A stretch of DNA of 64,000 nucleotides from Antedon mediterranea (GCF_964355755.1 NC_092680.1:15137045-15201044); one strand, 5' to 3'; shown: positions 39,301 through 52,000, counted from the first letter of the stretch. The notes: generated by a model from the sequence alone, not told the origin. Numbers and translations: made by a program.

Positions 39301-42300
39301 CAGTTTAGAATTAATGTTCTTTGCCTGATGTGTTTATATATCCAGTATTAATATAATAAATGGTTTTTGTGAAGATTATGTCTCTAAAAACAAGTTTTTT
39401 ATTTAGTTTTCTTACGGATACAAGCTGTAAACTGCATGATTACTACCGGCAAAAAGTAGGTGAATACAGAATTAAGAAACAACAGGTGTTTGCAGACAAA
39501 ACAGGTACATATAAATCAGCCTTGTAATAAGTGGCGTAACAGAGGGTACAAAGGTGCCTGGTTTAGCACTTCCAATGCTGGATAGTTGCATTGGGCTGCT
39601 CATGCTTTGGGGCCCCTGGGTTTAGCCAATGCGTGCTCATAGCCACCCAGTACGCCACTGCTTGTAATTAACAATTCAGAGGAATAATAAATAAAATTTG
39701 ATGTGTTAATTAATATTAATTTTAACTAACCTGACAGTATTTGACTGAATTTTTATCAACACAATATCAAGCCAACACAATATAAGCTTTACAATTTTAA
39801 TCATAAATCTTGGTTCACACTATGATGCAACAATGTTGGGAACCTGTATAAAAATATGATATTCATCTAAAAAACTGTTTTGGTTTTTAGTTGCATGGTT
39901 AGCTAATAAAGACAATCCATCATCTAGTCAACCTTCAAACGACGACTCATTCCAAGGAAAGAGGAAGCGCAAGAGCCGTTGGGGTGAAACTAATTCTGAC
40001 ATAACGCCCCCTAAAATAGCTGTTGGTACTTTAAGCGTTGCCTCAGTTATGAATCCTGTGGGAATGGTGGGCACGTCGGAACTTAGTGACGAACAGAAGA
40101 AGCAATTCATTGAACAAAAACAAGTTTGTGTCTTTAATACATGTTGCCATTTTAACAGTCCTAATAAATACCACACATAATACACACACGCCTAGGTTAG
40201 AATTAAGTCATTTATGCATGCTAGATCATTTTGGAGTATTGTTGATCTTTTCCGTTTCATATGATAATGGTAGTCTTGGCACCTACTACAATGTTTAATT
40301 CTAGCGCTTTACAAACAAAATGATCCATAAGATATCTTAAGATAACAAAAAAATAAAAGCAGGGAAACAATTTACACCGCTGCATTCTCCAGCACTTTGA
40401 AGCTCCCATATGAGAGAGCTCACCAAAACAGTATATTAGTGAAAAAGCTATATATCTATCCTATCCTATCCTACCAAAATAAGAAGAAAATAGATGCTTA
40501 ATTAAGATTTTTTTTAAAACAACGACTGAAATTATTGCCTCTTTGTTTTAACAGGTAGCTTTTGTTCTTTGTAACTACAGTATTTTTAATTGTGTGTACA
40601 TAACACAATGCATAGGTTATAGATTGAAAGCTGCTTGTGGTGAATCCATGGTAACTGTTCTTGATAGTCTTAATTCAAAATGCTACAGAATCCTATTAGA
40701 TTTACTCTTGTGAAACTTTGCTCTATTTGTCTATTTGTGGATGATTAACATTATATGTATACATTCAGATGCAAGCAATGTATGATGCAGTGATATCAAG
40801 ACAGAAAGAACTGATGCAGCAACAGCAACATCATGAAGAGTTGAAACGTCAATATGAATATGACAGCGATGAAGACACAGAGGGCGGTACATGGGAACAC
40901 AAACTGAGATCGAAGGAGATGAAAAAAACTCAAGGTTCATTAATTATTTCATGTTAGAGTTCGTGTAAAAAAAAGAAAAAATTAAATAAAACAATATATT
41001 TATTCAAAGTTGGTTCCCACCCTGACGTATTATTTTTTTCTTATTATGTTAAGGCAGAAATCATGAATAATGCATGACCCTAATTTTTTTCTATGATAAG
41101 AATTACTTCCTAAATATAACCTCACCCTCTTGATAATCTATTTCCACTATTACAATATTAACACGAATGATGTTGACGAGCATTAAACCCAGGGCACCAG
41201 TAAAGCCTATACCTCTTGACCGGTTCTAGGACACCTACCCCCTAGACAGTTACCCCCCGGATGTTTACCACCCGGACAACTACCCCCTTAGGACATCTAC
41301 CCCCCCGGACAACTACCCCCTTAGGATAACAAGCCCCCGGACAACTCTCCCCCGGACAACCACCCCTTTAGGACAACTACCCCCTTAGGATAACTACCTC
41401 CCGGTCAACTACCTCCCGGTCAACTACCCCCGGTCAACTAACCCCCCCCCCCCAATCCAAAAGTAGACATAAAAATGAAATCATCTGTTTTTAACGGGTG
41501 TTTCGAAACTAGAGACCCGAGACCAGAGACCTGACACGAGACCCAATACGAAAAGGGAGACCTATATTTGGGTCTCCCTTTTCGTATATTAGGGTCTCCC
41601 TTTTCGTATAGTGTGGTCTCTCTTTTCGTATAGTGGGGTCTCCCTTTTCTTATAGTGGGGTCTCCCTTTTCTTATAGTGGGTCTCCTTTTTCGTATATTT
41701 GGGTCTCCCATTTTGTATAATTGGGTCTCCCTTTTCGTATATTTAGGTCTCCCTTTTCGTATATTTAGGTCTCCCTTTTCGTATATTAGGGTCTCCCTTT
41801 TCGTCGTATAGTGGGGTCTCCCTTTTCGTATAGTAGGGTCTCCCTTTTCGTACGTGGGTCTCCCTTTTCGTATTGGGTCTCGGGTCTCTGGTCTCGGGTC
41901 TCTAGTTTGAAACACCCGTTTTTAACCGATTATTCTGTTTAACAGCACGCTAGAACCTAGATGTGCTAGATTTAAAGTACCGTATTTATTGAAAAAACGG
42001 CCTGGGCTGTTTATTGTTTAGATGGTTTTTAGGTAGACATTTATTGGAAGAAAGTTGTTTATTCAATGGGAGGGGGTATAATCTAATGAAAATAGACGCC
42101 GATTATTCCATATGATGTTTCATGGGAGTGACATGGTCACCGTTTATTTGAGGGGAATTTATTTAAAGATCGCCGTTTATTCGGTGAGTGAACATTGAGG
42201 TCAAATATCAAAAGTGATATTATTCTTCAAGTGTACAAAAATACATATATGACAAATTTGAGACAAAAATTAATTCTTTTAAGACCAGTGGTTATCGAAG

Positions 42301-45300
42301 CATTGTCCTGACGCAAAAATTATTATTATTATTCCCAGTCTTTACAGTAAATACAGGGAGTACTATATAATACGTTCGACTATCCTATGATCATGTGTGA
42401 CAATCTTCAGTTTATACCAGGCTATATTTATGTTCAATCTTTTACTTTTGTTTACAATAATGAATAGTAATTCGTCAAAGTAACGAATTAAAATATAGTT
42501 ATTAATTCCTATTATACACTGTTGCAGAGTCAGGTTGTTGAATGGTCTGGGTGGTAGTTGTCCGTCCGGGGGGTAGTTGTTCTAAAGGGATAGTTTTCTG
42601 GGTGGTAGTTGTCCAGGGGTTAGTTGTCCTACGGAGGTAGTTGTCCTAAAAGATTATTTGCCCTCGGAGTATTGTCCAGGTAGGAGGTAGTTGTCCTACG
42701 GGGAGTATTGTGTCAGAGGTAGTTGTCCGCGGGGTAATTACCCGGGGGGGGGGGGTGGTAATTCTCTGGGGGTAATTGTTCTTAGGGGGTAATTGTCCGG
42801 GGGATAGTTGTCCAGGGGTTAGTTGTCCAGGGGTTAGTTGTCCTACGGAGGTAGTTGTCCTAAAACCTAAAAGATTATTTGCCCTCGGAGTATTGTCCAG
42901 GAAGTAGTTGTCCTACTTATTATTATGTCAGAGGTAGTTGTCCACGGGGTAATTACCGGGGGGGGGGGGGGTAATTGTTCCCAGGGGGTAATTGTTCCCA
43001 GGGGGTAATTGTTCCCAAGGGGTAATTGTCCCCAGGGGTAATTGTCCGGGGGTAGTTTTCCAGGGGGTAGTTGTCCTAAGGGGGTTGTTGTCCTAAGGGG
43101 TATTTGTCCGGGGGTATTTGTCCGGGGGTAGTTGTCCGGGGGTAGTTGTCCTAAGGGGGTAGTTGTCCTAAGGGGGTAGTTGTCCTAAGGGGGTAGTTGT
43201 CCTAAGGGGGTAGTTGTCCTAAGGGGGTAGTGGTCCAGGTGGTGGTTGTCCGGGGGGGGTAGTTTTCCGGGGGATAGTTTTCCGGGGGTAGTTTTCCAGG
43301 GGGTAAATGTCCAGGGGGTGAATATCCAGATATGCTCTTGACCAACTGTTTACATGAGGTATTTGATCTCTGTCCATGCTTTACAGTATATAGCGATCCC
43401 TATAATTTCATAATTAATCTCATGAATTATTCATGATTTCTGCCTTAGTCTCATAGGAGAAACATTAATGCTACCTGGATGCCTATATTAGTGATATAGC
43501 TAGCATTGGACAAAAGGGGAAAAGGTTATAAAAAATAATTTTTTTTTTCGTTGTGCAGAGTATGCTGAGAAGTTAACAACCTTTGGCAGAGGCAAGCATC
43601 ATCTTGGAGATTTTCTACCGCCAGAAGAACTTAACAAATTTATGGAAACACTGAATTCTTTGAAAGAAGGTCGAACACCTGACTACTCGGACTATAAGGA
43701 GTTTAAATTACAGGCTGATAACATAGGTAAAGAAATATTTTTGGTATAAAGGTGAGGATACCAAAAAAAAAACCCATCTCAAAAGGAATCCCCCTTCCCC
43801 CACCCTCTGTGGTTTGAGTAACCTCGAAAAGAAGTCTATCTCGTTAAGATAATTATATGGCCGGCTTCTTTTTAAGATATTATGTGGGCTTCTTTTTGAG
43901 GTAGACCGTATTTGAATGTCAAAGGAAATGTATGATCAATATTTTAATTACCTTAAACTCTTAATTATCTCAACAATCAAGCCTCATATATTTATTCTAC
44001 AATTTCCTGTTTTCCAAATGGTAATTTTATTGCATCTCTTCTTGTCTGTTGCTTCTGCTGCTTGGCAAATATGTAAAATTTGCTGGGGATGTCTCAAAAG
44101 TCCTATTATTAGTAGCAATTATTAGTAATATTTAATGCATTCATTTCGATAAATAAAATGAAGTATATGGCAGAAATAAGCCAGGCCCACAGCTTTCTAC
44201 TATTTGTTTGAAATTATACATTTTAAGTTTTTATTTTCTTTGTGTAGGTTTCCAAATGTTACAGAAGCTAGGCTGGAAAGATGGAGAAGGACTTGGGTCA
44301 GAGGCTCAGGGAATAACCGCTCCAGTTAACAGGTGCGTCCTATACTAAATATTTAATATTTATTAGTGGCAATATAGTGCATATTAATTAGTATCTGTAT
44401 TCAAATAAAAACATCAATATATCAAAATTATGATAAACAATGATATTAAACAGACTAAAATCCAAGAACGTGATTAGTCAAAAGGGCATCACATGACTAT
44501 GGTTAGTGAAGCAATTCATTGAGTAAAAACAAGTTTGTGTCTTTAATAAATATTTCTTTTTTAACATTCTCACTAAATACCACACAATGCTATAAATAAT
44601 AGTACTACTAGTAGGTTTAGCGTTAATGCACTCATTGCAGTGAATTTCGCAACAAAAGACTCTCAGTTAACAACATTTGTTTTGAATTCATTTGTAATGT
44701 ATTTAGTGAATATTGTAAGAACAAGGAATCATTTTGTAGTATTTTTTGCTAGAGCAAATCATGAATTGTAAGCCATATATTAAACAGGCAATGTCTGGCT
44801 ATCTTGCCTGTGGTGGTCAAATGGTGTGACTTACTGTAGGCTAGAAATGTCATTCTCTGCACATGTTATACCCATCATTTATTGGTAAAGATGGAAGTGA
44901 AATTCACACACTTGTGTTTGATAGCAAAGTATAAATTAGCTAAAAAAAAAGTCTGGAATGGAGTTTTACAACTTTCACATTTGAAATATAGGGCAGCACA
45001 AAGGTCAGACAACCAAGGCTTGGGTATTGAGAGGCCAGCTGACTTAACCAAGGAGGATGCTGATAATGAGTATGATGCTTACCGTAAACGAATGATGTTA
45101 GCCTACAGGTTTAGGCCTAACCCTCTGGTGAGTATTTACATTTTGTTTAAAATTATAATACATTATATCATGGTTTGTTTTGTATAATAATAAATATATA
45201 ATAATAAATGCCTTTAAATTTACTTATTTTTACAAAAATTAAAAAACATAATTATTTGTTTTAGCTTGTTTACACAGTTACTCCTGATAAAAATAATAAA

Positions 45301-45353
45301 ATGACATTTCCATTTTTTTTTTTCAGAATAATCCAAGGCGTCCTTATTACTAG
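36399..45353 (+). CDS. SUGP1: SURP and G-patch domain-containing protein 1 (splicing factor 4); exons 36399-36577, 37292-37536, 38270-38443, 39018-39141, 39407-39504, 39891-40123, 40769-40934, 43559-43726, 44248-44332, 44992-45127, 45327-45353
   Basis: Motifs [11 protein letters not shown]; SURP ([12 protein letters not shown]...NPKYRFL...YYRQKV); KRKRKSRWG; [19 protein letters not shown]; [14 protein letters not shown]; G-patch [19 protein letters not shown]; and terminal [24 protein letters not shown]. Junctions are GT-AG with consistent phases. Confidence 0.96.
38539..38619. mobile_element. hAT-type MITE (CAGTGGCGTAAC...GTTACACCACTG)
   Basis: Flanked by a near-perfect 8-bp duplication, TGGTTTGC/TGGTTTGT. 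Confidence 0.7.
39529..39660. mobile_element. hAT-type MITE, same family as 38539-38619
   Basis: AAGTGGCGTA...TACGCCACTG with a perfect 8-bp target duplication, CTTGTAAT. Confidence 0.8.
41221..43334. mobile_element. Foldback-type element whose arms are tandem GGACAACTACCCC / GGGGTAGTTGTCC subrepeats
   Basis: C-rich arm at ~41221-41455 and G-rich inverted arm at ~42545-43334. The direct repeat CTCTTGAC(C) flanks both ends (41213 and 43335). Confidence 0.8.
41496..41917. mobile_element. Mutator-like MITE with an internal ~20-bp minisatellite (GGGTCTCCCTTTTCGTATA)
   Basis: GGGTGTTTC.AAACTAGAGACCCGAGACCAGAGACC TIRs and a perfect 9-bp target duplication GTTTTTAAC (41487-41495, 41918-41926). Confidence 0.85.
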
Positions 45354-46612
45354 AAAGATTGACAAGAATTGAACAGTTTTTTTTATTAATGTAGATATTT
45401 AATGAAATCAAAGTGAACAAACATTTAAATAATAATAATACAGTACACATATGAACAGAGACTTTGATTAGCGTTATATTTATAACACACCTACAGTGTA
45501 AGTAGATTCTTGATTGGACAAGTGTGAGTCACATAATTTAAAGTAAATTTACTGTAGAATTCTCGCGAGTGCAGTATTGAGTACTGTAATTTTGTTTTGC
45601 GTATATAGCATACGGATGATATATGCATACTGGCATACAGCTTGTGTTTTAGCACACAATCATATACAATTTTGTTTAGATTGAATTTTACATGGATATA
45701 ATCTAACCTAGTTTGTATTCAAAATAACTGTGGCATTAACTTTTCCAAAAACTAGACTAAATGGTTTTCACAATGTAATTTAAAGATGCATTTATGGGTT
45801 CATTGAAATTCTGATTTCGAGAAAGTTCTACTTCGAATTTTCTCCAATTGATCAATATATGGATATAGTTGTTGTTCTCACACAAACATTGTGAATTTAC
45901 TATCCTTTAATATTGTAAATAATAGCGCTGTTTTATCAATGAAGGCCCTTCCTTTCCCTCTGAAAGATTACTGGAAATTAGTGACAATAGTCAACACTTC
46001 CAATCGATCGCTTACCATTAAACTGACCCCTTGCTTGTTTTACAACAAATTCTGGCCGCAGAATGAATTTTAAATAGTATAAAGAAATCTACAGATATCC
46101 AGGAATTTGGGATATTCCAGAAGTCTTTGTATTTGTTGGTTGTAATCTATGTTGATTTTGATATACTAATGTACAAGAACAAGTTTATTATTATGTTATT
46201 AATTAAATGAATGATGATGATTAAAATGTTTTTTGCGTTGTTGTTGAGTATTCGAAAGAGTTAAAGAGAAATAATTTATGGAAAATTCGAAGTATGTGTG
46301 AATTAAAAACACAAATTAGAAGAGCGAGGTTTCGATCCTCGGACCTCTGGGTTATGGGCCCAGCACGCTTCCGCTGCGCCACTATGCTGGATGATTAAAA
46401 GAAAGGGTTAAAGAGAAATAATTTACGGAAAATTCGAAATATACGTGTGAATTAAAAGCAAAACTTAGCAGAGCGAGGTTTCGATCCTCGGACCTTTGGG
46501 TTATGGGCCCAGCACGCTTTCGCTGCGCCACTCTGCTGGTTGAGTATTCGAAAGAGTTAAAGAGAAATAATTCATGGAAAATGCGAAATACGTGTGAATT
46601 AAAAACACAAAT

Positions 46613-46684
46613 TAGCAGAGCGAGGTTTCGATCCTCGGACCTCTGGGTTATTGGCCCAGCACGCTTCCGCTGCGCCACTCTGCT
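46613..46684 (-). tRNA. Initiator-body tRNA with AAT anticodon (first of 10 copies)
   Basis: Plus strand GGGTTATTGGCCC gives the loop CC-AAT-AA; the rest of this copy is consensus. Confidence 0.85.
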
Positions 46685-46759
46685 GGATGAGTATAAGAAA
46701 GAGTTAAAGAGAAATAATTTATGGAAAATTCGAAGTATGTGTGAATTATAAACACAAAT

Positions 46760-46831
46760 TAGCAGAGCGAGGTTTCGATCCTCGGACCTCTGGGTTATGG
46801 GCCCAGCACGCTTCCGCTGCGCCACTCTGCT
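46760..46831 (-). tRNA. tRNA-iMet-CAT: Example consensus tRNA-iMet(CAT) copy
   Basis: Full 72-nt consensus cloverleaf. Confidence 0.95.
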
Positions 46832-47800
46832 GGTTGAGTATTAGAAAGAGTTAAAGAGAAATAATTTATGGAAAATTCGAAATACGTGTGAATTAAAAAC
46901 ACAAATTAGCAGAGCGAGGTTTCGATCCTCGGACCTCTGGGTTATGGGCCCAGCACGCTTCCGCTGGGCCACTCTGCTGGATGATTATAAGAAAGGGTTA
47001 AAGAGAAATAATTTATGGAAAATTCGAAATATACGTGTGAATTAAAAATAAAACTTAGCAGAGCGAGGTTTCGATCCTCAGACCTCTGGGTTATGGGCCC
47101 AGCACGCTTCCGCTGCGCCACTCTGCTGGCTGAGAGTATAAGAAAGAGTTGAAGAGAAATAATTTATGGAAAATTCGAAGTACGTGTGAATTAAAAACAC
47201 AAATTAGCAGAGCGAGGTTTCGATCCTTGGACCTCTGGGTTATGGGCCCAGCACGCTTCCGCTGCGCCACTCTGCTGGCTGAGTATTCGAAAGAGTTAAA
47301 GAGAAATAATTTATGGAAAATTCGAAATACGTGTGAATTAAAAACACAAATTAGCAGAGCGAGGTTTCGATCCTCGGACCTCTGGTGGGTTATGGGCCCA
47401 GCACGCTTCCGCTGCGCCACTCTGCTAGTGAGTATTCGAAAGAGTTAAAGAGAAATAATTTATGGAAACTTCGAAATACGTGTGAATTAAAAACAAAATG
47501 TAGCAGAGAGCGAGGTTTCGATCCTCGGACCTCTGGGTTATGGGCCCAGCACGCTTCCGCTGCGCCACTCTGCTGGATGAGAGTATAAGAAAGAGTTAAA
47601 GAGAAATAATTTTTGGAAAATTCGAAGTACGTGTGAATTAAAAACACAAATTAGCAGAGCGAGGTTTCGATCCTCGGACCTCTGGGTTATGGGCCCAGCA
47701 GGCTTCCGCTGCGCCACTCTGCTGGATGAGTATAAGAAAGGGTTAAAGAGAAATAATTTATGGAAAATTCGAAATATACGCGTGAATTAAAAACAAAACT

Positions 47801-47872
47801 TAGCAGAGCGAGGTTTCGATCCTCGGACCTCTGGGTTGTGGGCCCAGCAAGCTTCCGCTGCGCCACTCTGCT
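47801..47872 (-). tRNA. Initiator-body tRNA with CAC anticodon and a D-stem mismatch (first of 10 CAC copies)
   Basis: Plus strand GGGTTGTGGGCCCAGCAAGC gives the loop CC-CAC-AA plus a G24->T change. Confidence 0.75.
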
Positions 47873-48926
47873 GGTTGAGTATTCGAAAGAGTTAAAGAGA
47901 AATAATTTATGGAAAATTCGAAGTACGTGTGAATTAAAAACACAAATTAGCAGAGCGAGGTTTCGATCCTCGGACCTCTGGGTTATGGGCACAGCACGCT
48001 TCCGCTGCGCCACTCTGCTGGATGAGTATAAGAAAGAGTTAAAGAGAAATAATTTATGGAAAATTCGAAGTACGCGTGAATTAAAAACACAAATTAGCAG
48101 AGTGAGGTTTCGATCCTCGGACCTCTGGGTTATGGGCCAAGCACGCTTCCGCTGCGCCACTCTGCTGGATGAGTATAAGAAAGAGTTAAAGAGAAATAAT
48201 TTATGGAAAATTCGAAGTACGTGTGAATTAAAAACAGAAATTAGCAGAGCGAGGTTTCGATCCTCGGACCTCTGGGTTATGGGCCCAGCACGCTTCCGCT
48301 GCGCCACTCTGCTGGATGAGTATAAGAAAGAGTTAAAGAGAAATAATTTATGGAAAATTCGAAGTACGTGTGAATTAAAAACACAAATTAGCAGAGCGAG
48401 GTTTCGATCCTCGGACCTCTGGGTTATGGGCCCAGCACGCTTCCGCTGCGCCACTCTGCTGGATGAGTATAAGAAAGAGTTAAAGAGAAATAATTTATGG
48501 AAAATTCGAAGTACGTGTGAATTAAAAACACAAATTAGCAGAGCGAGGTTTCGATCCTCGGACCTCTGGGTTGTGGGCCCAGCAAGCTTCCGCTGCGCCA
48601 CTCTGCTGGTTCAGTATTCGAAAGAGTTAAAGAGAAATAATTTATGGAAAATTCGAAGTACGTGTGAATTAAAAACACAAATTAGCAGAGCGAGGTTTCG
48701 ATCCTCGGACCTCTGGGTTATGGGCCCAGCACGCTTCCGCTGCGCCACTCTGCTGGATGAGTATAAGAAAGGATTAAAGAGAAATAATTTATGGAAAATT
48801 CGAAATATACGTGTGAATTAAAAGCAAAATTTAGCAGAGCGAGGTTTCGATCCACGGACCTCTGGGTTATGGGCCCAGCACGCTTCCGTTGCGCCACTTT
48901 GCTGGATGAGTATAAGAAAGGGTTAA

Positions 48927-49004
48927 GTTTATTCCATTCTGTAAGGGGCGGGTTTCCCGCTGTTGAATGAGTTTGAATAAAATAAATAAAATAAAATAAA
49001 ATAA
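48927..49004 (+). mobile_element. ~78-bp foreign insertion with an (AATAA)n tail in one tRNA spacer; probable 5'-truncated retroelement 3' end
   Basis: It interrupts the spacer GGTTAA^AGAGAA and reads GTTTATTCCATTCTGTAAGGGGCGGGTTTCCCGCTGTTGAATGAGTTTG followed by AATAA repeats. Confidence 0.65.
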
Positions 49005-52000
49005 AGAGAATTTATGGAAAATTCGAAATATACGTGTGAATTAAAAACAAAACTTAGCAGAGCGAGGTTTCGATCCTCGGACCTCTGGGTTGTGGGCCCA
49101 GCAAGCTTCCGCTGCGCCACTCTGCTGGTTGAGTATTCGAAAGAGTTAAAGAGAAATAATTTATGGAAAATTCGAAGTACGTGTGAATTAAAAACACAAA
49201 TTAGCAGAGCGAGGTTTCGATCCTCGGACCTCTGGGTTATGGGCCCAGCACGCTTCCGCTGCGCCACTCTGCTGGATGAGTATAAGAAAGAGTTAAAGAG
49301 AAATAATTTATGGAAAATTCGAAGTACGTGTGAATTAAAAACACAAATTAGCAGAGCGAGGTTTCGATCCTCGGACCTCTGGGTTATGGGCCCAGCACGC
49401 TTCCGCTGCGCCACTCTGCTGGATGAGTATAAGAAAGAGTTAAAGAGAAATAATTTATGGAAAATTCGAAGTACGTGTGAATTAAAAACACAAATTAGCA
49501 GAGCGAGGTTTCGATCCTCGGACCTCTGGGTTATGGGCCCAGCACGCTTCCGCTGCGCCACTCTGCTGGATGAGTATAAGAAAGAGTTAAAGAGAAATAA
49601 TTTATTGAAAATTCGAAGTACGTGTGAATTAAAAACACAAATTAGCAGAGCGAGGTTTCGATTCTCGGACCTCTGGGTTATGGGCCCAGCACGCTTCCGC
49701 TGCGCCACTCTGCTGGATGAGTATTCGAAAGAGTTAAAGAGAAATAATTCATGGAAAATGCGAAATACGTGTGAATTAAAAATAAAATTTAGCAGAGGGC
49801 GAGGTTTCGATCCTCGGACCTCTGGGTTATGGGCCCAGCACGCTTTCAATGCTCCATTCTGCTGGTTGAGTATTAGAAAGAGTTAAAGAGAAATAATTTA
49901 TGGAAAATTCGAAGTACGTGTGAATTAAAAACACAAATTAGCAGAGCGAGGTTTCGATCCTCGGACCTCTGGGTTATGGGCCCAGCACGTTTCCGCTGCG
50001 CCACTCTGCTGGATGAGTATAAGAAAGGATTAAAGAGAAATAATTTATGGAAAATTCGAAATATACGTGTGAATTAAAAATAAAATTTAGCAGAGGGCGA
50101 GGTTTCGATCCTCGGACCTCTGGGCCCACACGATTCCGCTGCGCCACTCTGCTGGATGAGAGTATAAGAAAGAGTTAAAGAGAAATAATTTTTGGAAAAT
50201 TCGAAGTACGTGTGAATTAAAAACACAAATTATCAGAGCGAGGTTTCGATCCTCGGACCTCTGGGTTATGGGCCCAGCACGCTTCCGCTGCGCCACTCTG
50301 CTGGATGAGTATAAGAAAGGGTTAAAGAGAAATAATTTTTGGAAAATTCGAAGTACGTGTGAATTAAAAACACAAATTAGCAGAGCGAGGTTTCGATCCT
50401 CGGACCTCTGGGTTATGGGCCCAGCACGCTTCCGCTGCGCCACTCTGCTGGATGAGTATAAGAAAGGGTTAAAGAGAAATAATTTATGGAAAATTCGAAA
50501 TATACGTGTGAATTAAAAACAAAACTTAGCAGAGCGAGGTTTCGATCCTCGGACCTCTGGGTTGTGGGCCCAGCAAGCTTCCGCTGCGCCACTCTGCTGG
50601 TTGAGTATTCGAAAGAGTTAAAGAGAAATAATTTATGGAAAATTCGAAGTACGTGTGAATTAAAAACACAAATTAGCAGAGCGAGGTTTCGATCCTCGGA
50701 CCTCTGGGTTATGGGCCCAGCACGCTTCCGCTGCGCCACTCTGCTGGATGAGTATAAGAAAGGATTAAAGAGAAATAATTTATAGAAAATTCGAAATATA
50801 CGTGTGAATTAAAAGCAAAATTTAGCAGAGCGAGGTTTAGATCCACGGACCTCTGGGTTATGGGCCCAGCCCGCTTCCGTTGCGCCACTTTGCTGGATGA
50901 GTATAAGAAAGGGTTAAAGAGAAATAATTTATGGAAAATTCGAAATATACGTGTGAATTAAAAACAAAACTTAGCAGAGCGAGGTTTCGATCCTCGGACC
51001 TCTGGGTTATGGGCCCAGCACGCTTCCGCTGCGCCACTCTGCTGGATGAGTATAAGAAAGAGTTAAAGAGAAATAATTTATGGAAAATTCGAAGTACGTG
51101 TGAATTAAAAACACAAATTAGCAGAGCGAGGTTTCGATCCTCGGACCTCTGGGTTATGGGCCCAGCACGCTTCCGCTGCGCCACTCTGCTGGATGAGTAT
51201 AAGAAAGAGTTAAAGAGAAATAATTTATGGAAAATTCGAAGTACGTGTGAATTAAAAACACAAATTAGCAGAGCGAGGTTTCGATCCTCGGACCTCTGGG
51301 TTATGGGCCCAGCACGCTTCCGCTGCGCCACTCTGCTGGATGAGTATTCGAAAGAGTTAAAGAGAAATAATTCATGGAAAATGCGAAATACGTGTGAATT
51401 AAAAATAAAATTTAGCAGAGGGCGAGGTTTCGATCCTCGGACCTCTGGGTTATGGGCCCAGCACGCTTTCAATGCTCCATTCTGCTGGTTGAGTATTAGA
51501 AAGAGTTAAAGATAAATAATTTATGGAAAATTCGAAGTACGTGTGAATTAAAAACACAAATTAGCAGAGCGAGGTTTCGATCCTCGGACCTCTGGGTTAT
51601 GGGCCCAGCACGCTTCCGCTGCGCCACTCTGCTGGATGAGTATAAGAAAGGATTAAAGAGAAATAATTTATGGAAAATTCGAAATATACGTGTGAATTAA
51701 AAATAAAATTTAGCAGAGGGCGAGGTTTCGATCCTCGGACCTCTGGGCCCACACGATTCCGCTGCGCCACTCTGCTGGATGAGAGTATAAGAAAGAGTTA
51801 AAGAGAAATAATTTTTGGAAAATTCGAAGTACGTGTGAATTAAAAACACAAATTATCAGAGCGAGGTTTCGATCCTCGGACCTCTGGGTTATGGGCCCAG
51901 CACGCTTCCGCTGCGCCACTCTGCTGGATGAGTATAAGAAAGGGTTAAAGAGAAATAATTTATGGAAAATTGGAAATATACGTGTGAATTAAAAACAAAA

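Larger units (their letters stand above)
41050..43447. mobile_element. Outer TIR element of a nested insertion in SUGP1 intron 7
   Basis: TAAGGCAGAAATCATGAATAATGCATGA (41050-41077) is inverted at 43420-43447 with one mismatch. Confidence 0.7.

Noticed and set aside
41589-41915. 108-aa repetitive ORF (RKGRP/YEKGD repeats)
   Set aside because: It is the translation of the minisatellite inside the Mutator-like MITE.
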